From assembly GCA_031413495.1 (NCBI GenBank), contig JANOFE010000178.1, forward strand, positions 15,888-79,887: a DNA stretch of 64,000 nucleotides, read 5' to 3'. The translations under genes and the position numbers were made by a program. Source of the DNA: Pseudorhodobacter sp. GTDB taxonomy: Bacteria; Pseudomonadota; Alphaproteobacteria; Rhodobacterales; Rhodobacteraceae. Below the pieces are notes generated by a model. That model was not told the origin of the DNA and did no database searches. It saw only the letters and a list, made by a program, of their open reading frames with translations. Positions 50,782 through 59,893 of the stretch are shown piece after piece (within the stretch, counting starts at the first letter, position 1; each line of letters opens with the position of its first letter).

Positions 50782-52598
50782 TCCACCGTAACCGATTTGG
50801 CCAGATTGCGCGGCTGGTCCACGTCAGTGCCTTTGGCAATCGCCGTATGATAGGCCAACAACTGCGCCGGGATCGCGTAAAGGATCGGGGCCAGAAAATC
50901 AGGCACCGACGGCATTGTAAGGGTTTTCCAGCATCCCTTGCCCGCTTCGGCAATACCTGCCGCATCCGATATCAGCAGCACCTTGCCATTGCGCGCCATC
51001 ACTTCTTGCATATTGGACACGGTTTTTTCGAACAAATGGTCGCGTGGGGCCATCACAATCACCGGCACATGGGCGTCGATCAGGGCAATGGGGCCGTGTT
51101 TCAATTCACCCGACGCATAACCTTCGGCGTGGATGTAGCTGATTTCCTTTAGCTTTAGCGCACCCTCCAGGGCCAGCGGGAACATCGCACCCCGGCCAAG
51201 GAACAGCACATCCTGCGCTTCGGCCAGTTGTTCGGCGATCTCGGCAATTTCAGCCGCAGACCCAATCGCGTGGTTCATCAGGCCGGGCAGGGTGGAAAGC
51301 GCGTTCAGATGTTTTGTTAGGTCTGCGGGATTCATCCGCCCGCGATCCACCGCCGCTTTCAGCGCCAGCAACAGCAGGACAGTCAGCTGGCAGGTGAAGG
51401 CTTTGGTCGACGCCACGCCCACCTCGACCCCCGCCAAAATCGGCAGGGCCAGATCAGATTCGCGCGCGATAGACGACGTCGGCACGTTGATCACCGAAAT
51501 AACCTTGGCGACGCGTTCTTTTGCATAACGCAGGGCGGCCAGCGTATCTGCCGTCTCACCCGATTGGCTGACAAACAGCGCCCAGGATTTGTCTGACAGC
51601 GGCGGTTCGCGGTAACGGAATTCCGACGCGATGTCGATGTCGGCGGGCAGGCCTGCTATCTGTTCAAACCAATACTTCGCCACGTGGCAGGCATAGGACG
51701 CCGTGCCACAGGCAACCATGGTAATGCGGTCAACCGATCTGAAATCAAGGCTTTCGGGCAGGTTCAAGGGGGCTTTTGCATCAGCCGCATAATGGCGCAG
51801 GGCATCGGCCAAAACCACCGGCTGTTCGGCAATCTCCTTGGCCATGAAATGCTTGTAACCGGCTTTTTCGATGCGGGTCTGATCAATCTGAATGCGGGTC
51901 ATTGCGCGGTTGGCAAGGTTGCCTGCGACATCATAGATGGTCACCCCTGCGCGGGTGACAAAGGCATAATCGCCTTCCTCCAGATAGGTAATCCGGTCGG
52001 TCATCGGGGCCAATGCGATGGCGTCAGACCCAACAAACATCTCGCCATCGCCATGCCCGATGGCAAGCGGAGATCCCTTGCGGGCGGCAATCATCAGATC
52101 ATCCTGACCGTGGAACAGAAAACACAAGGCAAAGGCCCCGCGCAGCCGTTTCAGGGTTTCAACGGCCGCGTCGCGTGCGGTCATACCGCGGTCCATATGC
52201 AGACGGGTCAGCAGGGAAATGGTTTCGGTATCGGTTTCGGATTCAAAACCAAACCCGGCCTCTGCCAGTTCGCGGCGTAAGTCCTGAAAATTCTCGATGA
52301 TGCCGTTATGCACCACGGCAACCGGACCCGATTGATGCGGATGCGCGTTGGCGACGGTTGCGGTGCCGTGCGTAGCCCAGCGGGTGTGGCCGATGCCAGC
52401 CTTGCCGGCGAGCGGGTTATGCACCAGCAAATCTGACAGGTTCACCAACTTGCCCACGGCGCGGCGGCGGTCCAACTTGCCATCATTCACCGTGGCAATG
52501 CCTGCACTGTCATAGCCGCGATATTCAAGCCGTTTCAGCGCCTCGACCAAAAGTGGGGCGACCTCGTGGTTGCCCAAAACACCAACAATTCCACACAT
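50778..52598 (-). CDS. glmS: glutamine--fructose-6-phosphate aminotransferase
   Basis: MCGIVG is the N-terminal nucleophile. 606 aa with two SIS domains. The C-terminus is ...PRNLAKSVTVE. Confidence 0.97.
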   Translation of the reverse strand: MCGIVGVLGNHEVAPLLVEALKRLEYRGYDSAGIATVNDGKLDRRRAVGKLVNLSDLLVHNPLAGKAGIGHTRWATHGTATVANAHPHQSGPVAVVHNGIIENFQDLRRELAEAGFGFESETDTETISLLTRLHMDRGMTARDAAVETLKRLRGAFALCFLFHGQDDLMIAARKGSPLAIGHGDGEMFVGSDAIALAPMTDRITYLEEGDYAFVTRAGVTIYDVAGNLANRAMTRIQIDQTRIEKAGYKHFMAKEIAEQPVVLADALRHYAADAKAPLNLPESLDFRSVDRITMVACGTASYACHVAKYWFEQIAGLPADIDIASEFRYREPPLSDKSWALFVSQSGETADTLAALRYAKERVAKVISVINVPTSSIARESDLALPILAGVEVGVASTKAFTCQLTVLLLLALKAAVDRGRMNPADLTKHLNALSTLPGLMNHAIGSAAEIAEIAEQLAEAQDVLFLGRGAMFPLALEGALKLKEISYIHAEGYASGELKHGPIALIDAHVPVIVMAPRDHLFEKTVSNMQEVMARNGKVLLISDAAGIAEAGKGCWKTLTMPSVPDFLAPILYAIPAQLLAYHTAIAKGTDVDQPRNLAKSVTVE

Positions 52599-52601
52599 TT
52601 A

Positions 52602-53954
52602 CTATACCCCTTTTTGGCGTAGCGCTTTGATCGCGCGTAACCTGTCCAATAACTTTATGGCCAAACCTTGTTTATTGTCTTGTCGGGACCGGCCAATTGC
52701 CAAAGCCCCAGCGGGCACATTGGTGGTGATCACCGATCCCGATCCTGTCATCGCATCGGCACCAATGGTGACCGGGGCCACCAGCATCGTATCAGACCCG
52801 ATAAACACGCGAGGACCGATGGTGGTTTTATGTTTCATCACGCCGTCAAAGTTGCAGGTCACGGTGCCTGCGCCGATATTTGTATGCTCACCCACCTCGG
52901 CATCGCCAAGATAGGTCAGATGGCCAACTTTCACGCCCTCGGCCAAGGTGGAATTCTTGATCTCGACAAAGTTGCCGACATGCACGTCTTCGGAAAGTTC
53001 CGTGCCGGGGCGCAGGCGGGCAAAGGGGCCGACGGTGGCACCGCGGCTGATATGGCAGCCTTCCAGGTGACAAAAACCTTTGATTTCGGCGCCGGTTTCC
53101 ACGGTGACGCCCGGCCCGAAAATCACATTGGGGCCGATCATGGCATCGCGGCCAACAAAGGTATCAAGGGCAAAGAACACGGTTTCGGGGGCCGTCATCG
53201 ACACCCCGCACTCAAACGCGTCAGCGCGCGCGCGGGCCTGAAACGCGGCCTCTGCCCCGGCCAGCTCGGCACGCGTGTTGATGCCAAGCGTTTCTGCTTC
53301 ATCGCAAATCACCACACCAGCGGACAGGCCCTGGGCGCGGGCAATGCCAACAATATCGGTCAGGTAGTATTCGCCCGACGCGTTATCATTGCCAATGGCG
53401 GCCACAAGACCCGCCAAGGTGGCCAATTCGGCGCAGATCACACCGGAATTGCACAGGGTAATTTCGCGGATCGCATGGCTTGCGTCTTTGAATTCGACGA
53501 TCCGTTCCAACATATCGCCCTTGGTGATCAGGCGACCATAGCGGCCCGGATCAGCGGCCTCAAACCCCAGCACGATAACCGCATAGCGCGACCGTGCGGC
53601 GCGCATCAATTCAAGCGTCTCGGGACGGATGAACGGGGTATCGCCGTACAGGATCATGGCATCGCCAGTGGCATCTTGCAGCGCGGGCAAGGCTTGGGCC
53701 ACGGCGTGGCCAGTACCAAGCCGTTCCGTTTGTTCTACGACGGTGATCGTATCATCAAACGCCAATGCAGCCTTGGTCACCGCGTCGGCCCCATGCCCTG
53801 CCACCACAATCATGCGGTCCGGTGCCAGTGCCTGACCTGCCCGCAGGGCGTGATGCAGCAACGGGGCCGCCCCGACGTGGTGCAGGACTTTTGGCAGATC
53901 GGAATTCATCCGGGTGCCCTGTCCTGCGGCGAGGACAATCAATGAAACCGACAT
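52602..53954 (-). CDS. glmU: bifunctional UDP-N-acetylglucosamine pyrophosphorylase / glucosamine-1-phosphate N-acetyltransferase
   Basis: MSVSLIVLAAGQGTRMNSDLPKVLH at the N-terminus, plus C-terminal hexapeptide repeats. 450 aa from the ATG at 53954. The 85-codon ORF-track extension is rejected. Confidence 0.95.
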   Translation of the reverse strand: MSVSLIVLAAGQGTRMNSDLPKVLHHVGAAPLLHHALRAGQALAPDRMIVVAGHGADAVTKAALAFDDTITVVEQTERLGTGHAVAQALPALQDATGDAMILYGDTPFIRPETLELMRAARSRYAVIVLGFEAADPGRYGRLITKGDMLERIVEFKDASHAIREITLCNSGVICAELATLAGLVAAIGNDNASGEYYLTDIVGIARAQGLSAGVVICDEAETLGINTRAELAGAEAAFQARARADAFECGVSMTAPETVFFALDTFVGRDAMIGPNVIFGPGVTVETGAEIKGFCHLEGCHISRGATVGPFARLRPGTELSEDVHVGNFVEIKNSTLAEGVKVGHLTYLGDAEVGEHTNIGAGTVTCNFDGVMKHKTTIGPRVFIGSDTMLVAPVTIGADAMTGSGSVITTNVPAGALAIGRSRQDNKQGLAIKLLDRLRAIKALRQKGV

Positions 53955-54046
53955 AAAACACTTCCCTTTAAGCTGCGCCCGTTTTAGCGGGTTGTAGCAA
54001 TGCCGCAAGGGCCAGCCTATCACTTGTCTTTTCGCAAAATTACAAC

Positions 54047-54721
54047 ATGGGAATGTCGATGCGTACAGTGGTCTTTGATCTGGATGGCACGCTTGCCGAT
54101 ACATCTGCCGATCTGTTGGCGGCTGCCAACGCCTGTTTTCGTGGCCTTGGCCACGGCGATATGCTGGATGCTGGCGATACGCTGACGGCCTTTCATGGCG
54201 GTCGTGCAATGCTGCGCCTTGGGTTTTCGCGGTTGACGGGGTACAGCGAAACCGATGTCGATGCGCAGTATCCGGTTTTGTTAACCGCGTATGCAGATGC
54301 GATCGACATCCATACCACGCTTTATCCGGGCACCGAAAAAGCCCTTATGGCCCTGCGGGATGCTGGCTTTGCCTTGGCAATTTGCACCAATAAGCCTGCA
54401 GGGCTGGCCGAAACGCTGACCCGGCGGCTTGGCATTCGGCATCACTTTGGTGCGCTTGTCGGCGCTGATACGTTGCCCCTGCGCAAACCCCATCCCGCGC
54501 CGTTGCTTGAGGCGATTGCCCGCGTTGCGGGCGATCCGGCCCGCACCCTGTTGATCGGTGATACCCAGACCGACCGCGATACGGGTCGTGCGGCAAGTGT
54601 GCCGGTGGCCCTTGTCACCTTTGGGCCCGAGGGGGCAGGGGTTGCCCGCATGCAGCCCGAGGCGTTGCTGCACCATTTTGATGATTTGCCGGGTCTTGCG
54701 CAGCAAATGCTGGCAAAATAG
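54047..54721 (+). CDS. HAD-superfamily hydrolase (phosphoglycolate phosphatase-like)
   Basis: The DxD motif is VVFDLDGTLADT. The family pattern continues through ICTNKP ... GDTQTDRDTGRAA. The start could instead be the ATG at 54059. Confidence 0.85.
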   Translation: MGMSMRTVVFDLDGTLADTSADLLAAANACFRGLGHGDMLDAGDTLTAFHGGRAMLRLGFSRLTGYSETDVDAQYPVLLTAYADAIDIHTTLYPGTEKALMALRDAGFALAICTNKPAGLAETLTRRLGIRHHFGALVGADTLPLRKPHPAPLLEAIARVAGDPARTLLIGDTQTDRDTGRAASVPVALVTFGPEGAGVARMQPEALLHHFDDLPGLAQQMLAK

Positions 54722-54725
54722 GCCG

Positions 54726-55292
54726 ATGCGCCAAAACCGCCCCACGATCGTTCCCTACAGCCGCGATTACCGTCGCCCGCCGCGATGGGGCATGGGCGTA
54801 CCACCCCGCAAACCACAGCGCTGGTGGCAACGCGTGGCTGACCCGTTGTTTTATCTGCGTGCCGTGATCCTGCTGTCTGGCTTGGCGCTTGTTGCCATCC
54901 CGCTGATTTCTGATGGCACTTTGGCGCTTCTGCGGCCGATCCCAGCGGGTGCGCAAAGCTGTCGTGTGGTGCGGGTGATTGATGGTGACACTGCCGATTT
55001 GTGGTGTGCAACCGCAGGCTTGCAGCGTGCGCGGTTGGCGGGCTTTGATGCGCCAGAACTGTTTTCGCCCAATTGCATGGCAGAACTGATTGCGGCGCAA
55101 AAGGCAAAATGGGCGCTGCGCGGCCTGCTGTTGACAGGGGGACCGCTGCGCATGTCACTTGGCGGGCTGGATAAATATGAGCGCCGTTTGGTGACAGTTT
55201 GGGTGAATGGCGTACCGCTTGCCAAGGCCATGATCGCGGGCGGCCATGCGCGGAAATATGGCGGTGAGGCCCGGCAAAGCTGGTGCGATTGA
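54726..55292 (+). CDS. thermonuclease (SNase-like) family protein, membrane anchored
   Basis: N-terminal TM segment LFYLRAVILLSGLALVAIPLI. SNase-like VIDGDTADL ... RLAGFDAPE ... DKYERRLV. The ATG at 54726 comes just after the HAD stop. Confidence 0.7.
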   Translation: MRQNRPTIVPYSRDYRRPPRWGMGVPPRKPQRWWQRVADPLFYLRAVILLSGLALVAIPLISDGTLALLRPIPAGAQSCRVVRVIDGDTADLWCATAGLQRARLAGFDAPELFSPNCMAELIAAQKAKWALRGLLLTGGPLRMSLGGLDKYERRLVTVWVNGVPLAKAMIAGGHARKYGGEARQSWCD

Positions 55293-55719
55293 TCATCGGG
55301 TTCTGGTGATGGCGTTATGTATGTATTTAAGGTAAAATGTTCGATTTATGCAATTTAATGAGAGTTATTCGAATGTAGAAGCGTGTGAATACTTGAAAAT
55401 GGCAATGTAAGTGTTGCTTGTTCTTAGCATTCAGTTGCGAATTCCAGTGTGCCAACGGTGACTTGCACTTCAAAAGCTGACCGCTGATTTGCGCCAAGAA
55501 CTTGACTGGCAGGCCTGCCGCGGTGTTCTGGCCATTTGGGGCCGCGTGGTCGCCTTGCAAATACACCCTGATTTTTAATGCAGAACATCCTACCCCCGCG
55601 GTTACATATTCTGCTGCCTTCGGTTGACCGCGACGGGGGGGCGGGGTAAATGGGGCGCAACGCATAGGCGAACCACGCTTTGCCGCAGCCCGTGTACCGC
55701 CAGCGATAGGAGCAGCCTC

Positions 55720-56085
55720 ATGGACCAACTTCTGCGTGAGTATTTGCCAATCATCATATTTTTAGCCTTGGCCATCGGCCTTGGACTGGTGCTTTTGCTT
55801 GCCGCAATGGTGCTTGCAGTGCGCAACCCTGACCCGGAAAAAGTGTCTGCTTATGAATGTGGGTTCAATGCCTTTGATGACGCCCGCATGAAATTTGACG
55901 TGCGGTTTTACCTCGTCTCGATCCTGTTCATCATCTTTGATCTTGAGGTGGCGTTTCTGTTCCCATGGGCGGTGGCTTTTGGTGAAATCAGCATGGCGGC
56001 TTTTTGGTCGATGATGTTGTTTCTGGGGGTGTTGACCGTGGGCTTTGCCTATGAGTGGAAAAAAGGCGCGTTGGAATGGGAATGA
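55720..56085 (+). CDS. nuoA: NADH-quinone oxidoreductase subunit A
   Basis: [22 protein letters not shown] ... [35 protein letters not shown]. 121 aa. An AGGAG RBS is present. The ORF-track start at 55624 is rejected. Confidence 0.93.
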   Translation: MDQLLREYLPIIIFLALAIGLGLVLLLAAMVLAVRNPDPEKVSAYECGFNAFDDARMKFDVRFYLVSILFIIFDLEVAFLFPWAVAFGEISMAAFWSMMLFLGVLTVGFAYEWKKGALEWE

Positions 56086-56214
56086 CCATTCGTCATTTCT
56101 TTCACGGTATCTAAATCGCCTGTCAGGCATGTGGCGCATTTTACCAAGGCCCTGAACGGGCGGTAGAACAGGCTGCGAACTGGGCGGCTGCCACAGCCGC
56201 AGCCCTTCATCAGA

Positions 56215-56601
56215 TTACATCGCGGCTTTTGCAGCATCCGCTACAGTGCCGTCTGGCATGGTTTTGCACGCTTCCACCAATTTTGCCATCGACGCTTCGG
56301 TTGTTGCGGTTGCTGCGGTTTTTTCGTCATCCGTCATTGCCGCCATCGCCGTGTCCATTTCAGCCATCATGGCTGTTTTTTCTTCGGCTGTCATTGCCAT
56401 AGCCGCAGTTTTTTCCTCTTCGGTCATGGCCATCATGGCATCCATCTGCTGCGTCGCAGTCATCATGCCGGCGCTGTCCATCGCGCTATAATCGGCGCAG
56501 GTCAACGTCATAGGATCAACCATATGGGCGTCTGAAAACGCCGGCAGAGTCGACGCAACCACAAGTCCGCTTGCCGCAACCATTTTGATGAAATTATTCA
56601 T
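56215..56601 (-). CDS. secreted Met-rich repeat protein (two Cys; possible HdeA-like/metal-binding periplasmic protein)
   Basis: Signal peptide MNNFIKMVAASGLVVASTLPAFS. By my count the mature part has about 19 Met in about 105 residues, with a degenerate repeat (A)MAMTxEEKTA occurring three times. Cys residues flank the repeat (TLTCADYSAMD ... LVEACKTM). It lies on the opposite strand between nuoA and nuoB. Confidence 0.6.
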   Translation of the reverse strand: MNNFIKMVAASGLVVASTLPAFSDAHMVDPMTLTCADYSAMDSAGMMTATQQMDAMMAMTEEEKTAAMAMTAEEKTAMMAEMDTAMAAMTDDEKTAATATTEASMAKLVEACKTMPDGTVADAAKAAM

Positions 56602-56828
56602 GTCAGGTGTTCCTTATTCGAATGGGCCGCACAGCGCGGCACTAGGTCAATTAACTTTTGGCCAGCTGGTTCCATCCCTTTTGTCGCGGTGGCAAAACTT
56701 CGCCGTTTTGCAGCTTTAAGGCCCGTCTCCGGTGGCGCGTCCGACAGTAGGGTCAGTGAGGCCAGAATTTGCCCGCCTGACACCCCTAAAATGCCGCACC
56801 TGCGACGCTGCCTTTAGTTGACCCTGCC

Positions 56829-56844
56829 GGGGGGGAGAGGTATT
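56829..56844. repeat. solo half-site of the nuoD-nuoE palindromic element
   Basis: gggggagaggtatt (56831-56844) is identical to 14 nt of the right terminal repeat tgggggagaggtatttt at 59461-59477. I saw no inverted partner nearby. Confidence 0.5.
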
Positions 56845-56989
56845 GAACATCAAACGTTTCGGCAGGCCCACGTTTTGGGCTTTGTGAGGCGTGCTGTGAA
56901 GGGGCGTTGGCGACATCTGGTCCGGCAATGTTGTTCCGGGCGGTGCTGACGGTCGGCGCTGCCTAAAAAGGGAAGAAGGGTGTACGCGA

Positions 56990-57523
56990 ATGGGAGTGAT
57001 GTCCGGTGCCAATACCGCAGGCGAAGACGCTGATGTGGCGGTGCGTACGCTTAACGCAGAACTGGCGGACAAGGGGTTTTTGCTGACCTCGACCGAAGAT
57101 ATTATCAACTGGGCGCGCATCGGCAGTCTGCATTGGATGACCTTCGGGTTGGCTTGTTGCGCGGTTGAGATGATGCATACCGCGATGCCGCGCTATGATA
57201 TGGAACGCTTTGGCACTGCGCCTCGCGCCTCCCCCCGGCAATCTGATCTGATGATCGTTGCCGGCACGCTGACCAACAAAATGGCCCCGGCGCTGCGGAA
57301 GGTTTACGATCAGATGCCAGAACCCCGCTATGTGATTTCGATGGGTTCCTGCGCCAATGGCGGGGGGTATTATCACTACTCCTATTCGGTTGTGCGCGGC
57401 TGTGACCGGATCGTGCCTGTTGACATCTATGTGCCCGGCTGTCCGCCCACCGCCGAAGCCCTGCTGTACGGCATCTTGCAGTTGCAGCGGAAAATCCGCC
57501 GCACTGGCACCATTACGCGGTAA
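56990..57523 (+). CDS. nuoB: NADH-quinone oxidoreductase subunit B
   Basis: [20 protein letters not shown] and PGCPP are the N2 cluster motifs. 177 aa. Confidence 0.96.
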   Translation: MGVMSGANTAGEDADVAVRTLNAELADKGFLLTSTEDIINWARIGSLHWMTFGLACCAVEMMHTAMPRYDMERFGTAPRASPRQSDLMIVAGTLTNKMAPALRKVYDQMPEPRYVISMGSCANGGGYYHYSYSVVRGCDRIVPVDIYVPGCPPTAEALLYGILQLQRKIRRTGTITR

Positions 57524-57534
57524 GGATCTGCCCG

Positions 57535-58143
57535 ATGACAGACACACTGAATGATCTTGGCGCCCATCTGTCGGCAAAGCGGCCCGATGCTGTTTTATCG
57601 GCAACGGTGACGCATGGCGAATTGACACTGAACGTTCCGCTGTCGCAGCTTGAAGGCTTGGTGGAGTTCTTAAAATCCGATGTGTCCTGCCGGTTTACCA
57701 CGCTGGTGGATATCACCGCGATTGATCACCCCGAGCGCGCGGCACGGTTTGACATGATCTATCATTTTCTGTCGATGTATAAAAACCACCGCATCCGCCT
57801 TAAGGTTGCCATTCGTGCCGATGACATGGTTCCGTCCATCCACGCCATTCATCCAAGTGCGAATTGGTTTGAACGCGAAGTGTTTGATATGTTTGGTATC
57901 CTGTTTTCTGGTCATCCTGACCTGCGGCGCATTCTGACCGATTACGGCTTTCGCGGGCATCCGTTGCGCAAAGATTTCCCGACCACCGGCTATACCGAAG
58001 TGCGTTATGACGAGGCGCAAAAGCGCGTGGTTTATGAGCCCGTCAGTCTGGTGCAAGAATACCGGCAGTTTGATTTTATGTCCCCATGGGAAGGGGCAAA
58101 TTACATCCTTCCCGGTGATGAAAAGAAAGAGGCCGCAAAATGA
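57535..58143 (+). CDS. nuoC: NADH-quinone oxidoreductase subunit C
   Basis: [41 protein letters not shown] is the canonical 30-kDa subunit motif. Confidence 0.95.
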   Translation: MTDTLNDLGAHLSAKRPDAVLSATVTHGELTLNVPLSQLEGLVEFLKSDVSCRFTTLVDITAIDHPERAARFDMIYHFLSMYKNHRIRLKVAIRADDMVPSIHAIHPSANWFEREVFDMFGILFSGHPDLRRILTDYGFRGHPLRKDFPTTGYTEVRYDEAQKRVVYEPVSLVQEYRQFDFMSPWEGANYILPGDEKKEAAK

Positions 58144-59378
58144 TGGACGGCGATATCCGCAAAAACACCTATGATGACGGGTCGTCCGATTTCGAGACGG
58201 GCGAGCAGAAAATCCGCAATTTCAACATCAACTTCGGCCCGCAACACCCTGCAGCGCATGGTGTTTTGCGTCTGGTTCTGGAACTTGACGGCGAAATTGT
58301 TGAACGTTGCGATCCGCATATCGGCCTGTTGCACCGTGGCACCGAAAAGCTGATGGAAAGCCGCACCTACCTGCAAAACCTGCCGTATTTCGACCGGCTG
58401 GATTATGTGGCCCCGATGAACCAGGAACATGCCTGGTGTCTGGCGATTGAAAAACTGACCGGAACCTCCGTGCCGCGCCGCGCGTCGTTGATCCGGGTGC
58501 TGTTTTCAGAAATCGGCCGCATTCTTAGCCATCTGTTGAACGTCACCACCCAAGCGATGGATGTGGGCGCATTGACCCCGCCGCTGTGGGGTTTTGAAGA
58601 ACGCGAAAAGCTGATGGTGTTTTATGAACGCGCATCGGGCGCACGCCTTCACGCCGCTTATTTTCGTCCCGGTGGAGTGCATCAGGACCTGACCCCGCAA
58701 CTGGTGGAAGATATCGACATCTGGGCCGAGGCGTTTCCGCGCCTGCTGGATGATATCGACGGGTTGCTGACCGAAAACCGCATCTTCAAACAACGCAATG
58801 CCGATATTGGAGTGGTGACGGAAGAGGATATCCAGAAATGGGGCTTTTCTGGCGTCATGGTGCGCGGATCGGGTCTGGCATGGGATTTGCGTCGCGCGCA
58901 ACCCTATGAATGCTATGATGAATTTGATTTCAAAATTCCGGTTGGTGTGAATGGCGATTGTTACGATCGCTACCTGTGCCGGATGGCCGAAATGCGCGAA
59001 TCCACCTCGATCATCCGTCAAGCCATTGCCAAACTGCGGGTGGAGCCCGGCGATGTTATGGCGCGCGGCAAGGTGACACCGCCGAACCGGGCCGAGATGA
59101 AAACCTCGATGGAAGCGCTGATCCACCATTTCAAGCTCTATACCGAAGGCTTCCATGTCCCTGCAGGCGAGATTTACGCCAGCGTCGAGGCCCCAAAGGG
59201 TGAATTCGGCGTTTATCTTGTTGCTGATGGGTCCAACAAACCCTACCGCGCCAAAATTCGCGCGCCGGGTTTCCTGCACCTGCAGGCGATGGATTACATC
59301 TGCAAGGGGCACCAGTTGGCTGATGTGGCCGCGATTATTGGCACGATGGATGTGGTGTTCGGGGAGATTGATCGGTGA
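58140..59378 (+). CDS. nuoD: NADH-quinone oxidoreductase subunit D
   Basis: [22 protein letters not shown] ... LHRGTEKL ... ends DVVFGEIDR. 412 aa. It overlaps the nuoC stop by 4 nt. Confidence 0.97.
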   Translation: MMDGDIRKNTYDDGSSDFETGEQKIRNFNINFGPQHPAAHGVLRLVLELDGEIVERCDPHIGLLHRGTEKLMESRTYLQNLPYFDRLDYVAPMNQEHAWCLAIEKLTGTSVPRRASLIRVLFSEIGRILSHLLNVTTQAMDVGALTPPLWGFEEREKLMVFYERASGARLHAAYFRPGGVHQDLTPQLVEDIDIWAEAFPRLLDDIDGLLTENRIFKQRNADIGVVTEEDIQKWGFSGVMVRGSGLAWDLRRAQPYECYDEFDFKIPVGVNGDCYDRYLCRMAEMRESTSIIRQAIAKLRVEPGDVMARGKVTPPNRAEMKTSMEALIHHFKLYTEGFHVPAGEIYASVEAPKGEFGVYLVADGSNKPYRAKIRAPGFLHLQAMDYICKGHQLADVAAIIGTMDVVFGEIDR

Positions 59379-59379
59379 A

Positions 59380-59479
59380 AGAAAATACCTCTCCCCCAGC
59401 CCCTCTCCCACGGGAGAGGGGAGGTGCTGTCCTTCCCCCCTCTCCGCCTCGGAGAGGGGTTGGGGGAGAGGTATTTTCT
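59380..59479. repeat. 100-bp mosaic palindromic element (19-bp perfect terminal inverted repeats enclosing two 9-bp-stem hairpins)
   Basis: agaaaatacctctccccca (59380-59398) is the exact reverse complement of tgggggagaggtattttct (59461-59479). Inside are cccctctcc-cacg-ggagagggg (59400-59421) and cccctctcc-gcctc-ggagagggg (59437-59459). The element starts 2 nt after the nuoD stop. Confidence 0.85.
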
Positions 59480-59491
59480 CGCGGTTCCGGA

Positions 59492-59893
59492 ATGACCGAC
59501 CGCGCGCGCGATCTTCGCAGCAACATGACCGATGCCGAACGCAAGCTTTGGTTAGCACTATGCGGTGACCAGCTTGGTGTGCGCGTTCGTCGCCAGTTGG
59601 TCATCGACAAGCGCTACATTGTCGATTTTTGTGCGCCGCAGATCAGGTTGATCATCGAAGTAGATGGCCAGCATCATATCACTTCGCTGTCTGATCCTGT
59701 CCGAACTGCTTATCTTGAGGCGCGTGACTATACTGTGCTGCGTTTTTGGAACAACGCTGTTCTTAACGAGACAGAGACAGTCATCGACGCTACGCACCGA
59801 CTTGTCACTGATTTGCTCGCCGCAAGACCCTCTCCCCCGACCCCTCTCCGAGACGGAGAGGGGAGACGCCTTTTGCCAAAGGACTGCGCCTAA
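59492..59893 (+). CDS. DUF559 endonuclease-domain protein (Vsr/PD-(D/E)xK-like fold)
   Basis: [23 protein letters not shown]..., [21 protein letters not shown] and [10 protein letters not shown] match the DUF559 pattern. The stop overlaps the nuoE ATG (TAATG). The last ~20 codons read through a repeat copy. The ORF-track GTG start at 59375 is rejected because it translates the palindromic element. Confidence 0.8.
   Translation: MTDRARDLRSNMTDAERKLWLALCGDQLGVRVRRQLVIDKRYIVDFCAPQIRLIIEVDGQHHITSLSDPVRTAYLEARDYTVLRFWNNAVLNETETVIDATHRLVTDLLAARPSPPTPLRDGEGRRLLPKDCA
59827..59865. repeat. partial (left-half-like) copy of the palindromic element
   Basis: accctctcccccgacccctctcc-gagac-ggagaggggag matches acctctcccccagcccctctcc-cacg-ggagaggggag at 59387-59423, apart from the loop and 1-2 indels. 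It lies inside the 3' end of the DUF559 ORF. Confidence 0.7.

Noticed and set aside
50778-52601. Possible glmS ribozyme or long regulatory leader for glmS.
   Set aside because: glmS starts 3 nt after the glmU stop, so there is no leader.
53955-54209. 85-codon N-terminal extension of glmU in the ORF track.
   Set aside because: GlmU homology starts at MSVSLIVLAAGQGTRM. The extension is Arg/His-rich and overlaps the divergent HAD gene start.
59375-59491. GTG start overlapping the nuoD stop, which would add 39 residues (..SPPAPLPRERGGAVLPPSPPRRGVGGEV..) to the DUF559 protein.
   Set aside because: These codons are simply the translation of the 100-bp palindromic element. DUF559 homology begins at MTDRARDLR (the ATG at 59492).
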